Below, piece by piece: positions 62,453 through 64,000 of a stretch of DNA of 64,000 bases; position 1 is the first letter of the stretch; each line of letters starts with the position of its first letter. The notes beneath the pieces were generated by a model. That model saw only the letters and a list, made by a program, of their open reading frames with translations, was not told the DNA's origin and did not search any database. The position numbers and the translations under genes are program-made. Source of the stretch: Leucoraja erinacea. Its lineage: Eukaryota. The stretch covers positions 1-64,000 of the forward strand of contig NW_026576392.1 in the NCBI RefSeq assembly GCF_028641065.1, written 5' to 3'.

Positions 62453-63312
62453 GGCCTCAGAGCGCAGTAATACATCGCCGAGTCTCGGAGCCGCGTTTGT
62501 GACACCGTCAGCGGGACTGTTCCTGTCGAATCGTCGAGCTCCGCAGAGAAACGTTCCCCGGCATTGTTCTTTGGGGCGGCTTCGTATTTCGTTCTGAGCA
62601 GCAGGAACTCAAGAGATCCACCAGGATACTGACGGTACCAGATTAATCCAGGGCTGCTGGTGCCTGTAGCTGTATAGCTGCAATTCAACTGGGCGTCATC
62701 CCCTTCATTCACTGTTACCGCTGCCGGTGTCTGAGAAACGGCGTCGCCTCGACAATTCCCTGCAAGAGTCCAGGGATAAAAATAACACAACATCACCTAA
62801 TTCAGCTCATATTTCAGAATACCCCTCATCCTGATACTGATATGAGGTACAATGACATCAAACATACCCCTCCTCTAAAAGCTAAATAAAGATGGGCGGA
62901 AAGGCGCTAGGAAATGTCTAATTGATTCATCTTTAAAGATATTACAACCCGTTCCATCGGACTGGACGTCGTTATTGCTTCCGGGGAGGAAGGGGGAAAT
63001 CGTAGATCACTCGTGCGTGAACCACCGGTGTGTTCTAACTCTACGATGCTTCACCGTCGCGGCTGCTTTCCAACAATTAACCTGGAAACTCACCTCGAAT
63101 TTCCGAACATCAATTACTGTGAAACTGCATCTTTTTTCCTAATGTGCTCTGCGTTTACTGTCCTCATACGGACTCATTTTCTAAAGCCGTTGTGTTGCAT
63201 TCAAGGCATTTGGTTGATTAAATATGTTGCCCTACATTATTGGAAACGTGGTGAACTTACCGGTTAAGAGAGCTGCAGCTGTAAGAAGCCAATACATTGT
63301 CAAGGCCAGCAT
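62453..63312 (-). CDS. TCR alpha/delta V gene, family C (C7); leader 63312-63261, V exon 62759-62453
   Basis: Leader with GTAAGT donor; intact V domain ending YYCALR. Confidence 0.92.
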
Positions 63313-64000
63313 GTTGTAATTGCATTGAGAGTGAATATGAACTGAAATGGTCTCACCCGGAAACAGGTTTAATCTGATATTGTGAAAGAGCTGTGGTCTA
63401 GGTTCTTCATTCATTGGCTTATTCTTGACAGCGTCACATCCCGTCGGCGCGGAGCTAATTTGTTCTCCAACTCCCCGAAGTTTCTTAATTCCGCCAATCA
63501 CATCACTGCTTTTGTTGCCCAATCATCTCACACCTCCTTCCTTTTCTGTTCCAGGGCGTCACAGGAGGGGCAAGGCCGGAAGTACAATATATAATTAGAT
63601 TAGATTAGATTAGATTCAACTTTATTGTCATTGCACATTTACAGTACAAAGAAATGGTTTAACCGAGCTGTCATAACATAGAATAAAATAACAAAACACA
63701 CACTCAACACAGTTTTAGCATCCACCACAGTGAGTCCACCAGGCACCTCCTCACTGTGATGGAAGGCAAAAGTCCCAAAGTCCTTGTAATAAACAAAATT
63801 CAATAAATTAACAACCAAGTCCATGTGCATAAGATGCATGAAGTGCTTAATGCAACCGAAGACATTTCATAGTTCATCTTTTAGTGCGGTGTGGGGTTCA
63901 AGAACCTAATATTTGTTTGTTAGAAGCTATTCTTCAACCCAATTATCATGGTCGTTTTTTTTAATATTTAAAAATCGAGTATTAATGACAGCAAACACAC

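Larger units (their letters stand above)
51800..64000 (-). repeat. Tandem duplication of ~1.66-1.79-kb units carrying family C V genes; continues past window end
   Basis: V exon ends at 52135, 53894, 55651, 57315, 58989, 60662, 62453; next unit's 3' flank starts near 63800. Confidence 0.95.

Noticed and set aside
1-64000. IgH/IgL, IgNAR or NAR-TCR supporting V identity
   Set aside because: No upstream octamer seen, WYRH/WYRQ and YYCAL/F motifs fit TCR alpha/delta, every V has its own leader, and no D/J or C exons lie between V genes; alpha versus delta use cannot be decided from this window
51800-64000. CRISPR-like or prokaryotic repeat system
   Set aside because: Repeats are kilobase gene duplications with spliceosomal introns and RSSs; no short repeat-spacer array or cas-like ORF

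Overview
Eukaryotic vertebrate DNA from a T-cell receptor alpha/delta-type variable (V) gene cluster, most likely of a cartilaginous fish (inferred from HE1/V-SINE-like, CR1-like and Rex1/Babar-like repeats). No D, J or constant exons were seen. There are 22 V loci, each built as a phase-1 leader exon, intron, ~307-bp V exon and RSS with a 22-23-bp spacer. (1) 1-38 kb: six ~6.5-7-kb tandem units, each a head-to-head pair of family-A V genes, so orientation strictly alternates. Four of six plus-strand members are disabled, and one unit has its central spacer inverted. (2) 39-49 kb: one family-B V, one inverted family-A copy and one divergent family-A V among LINE/SINE fragments. (3) 52-64 kb: seven family-C V genes in ~1.7-kb direct repeats, none with a consensus heptamer. 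Germline variation concentrates in CDR1/CDR2. There are three N gaps and one probably chimeric consensus segment. Almost all other ORFs in the track are spurious frames of repeats. Family and gene labels (A0-A13, B1, C1-C7) are my own.
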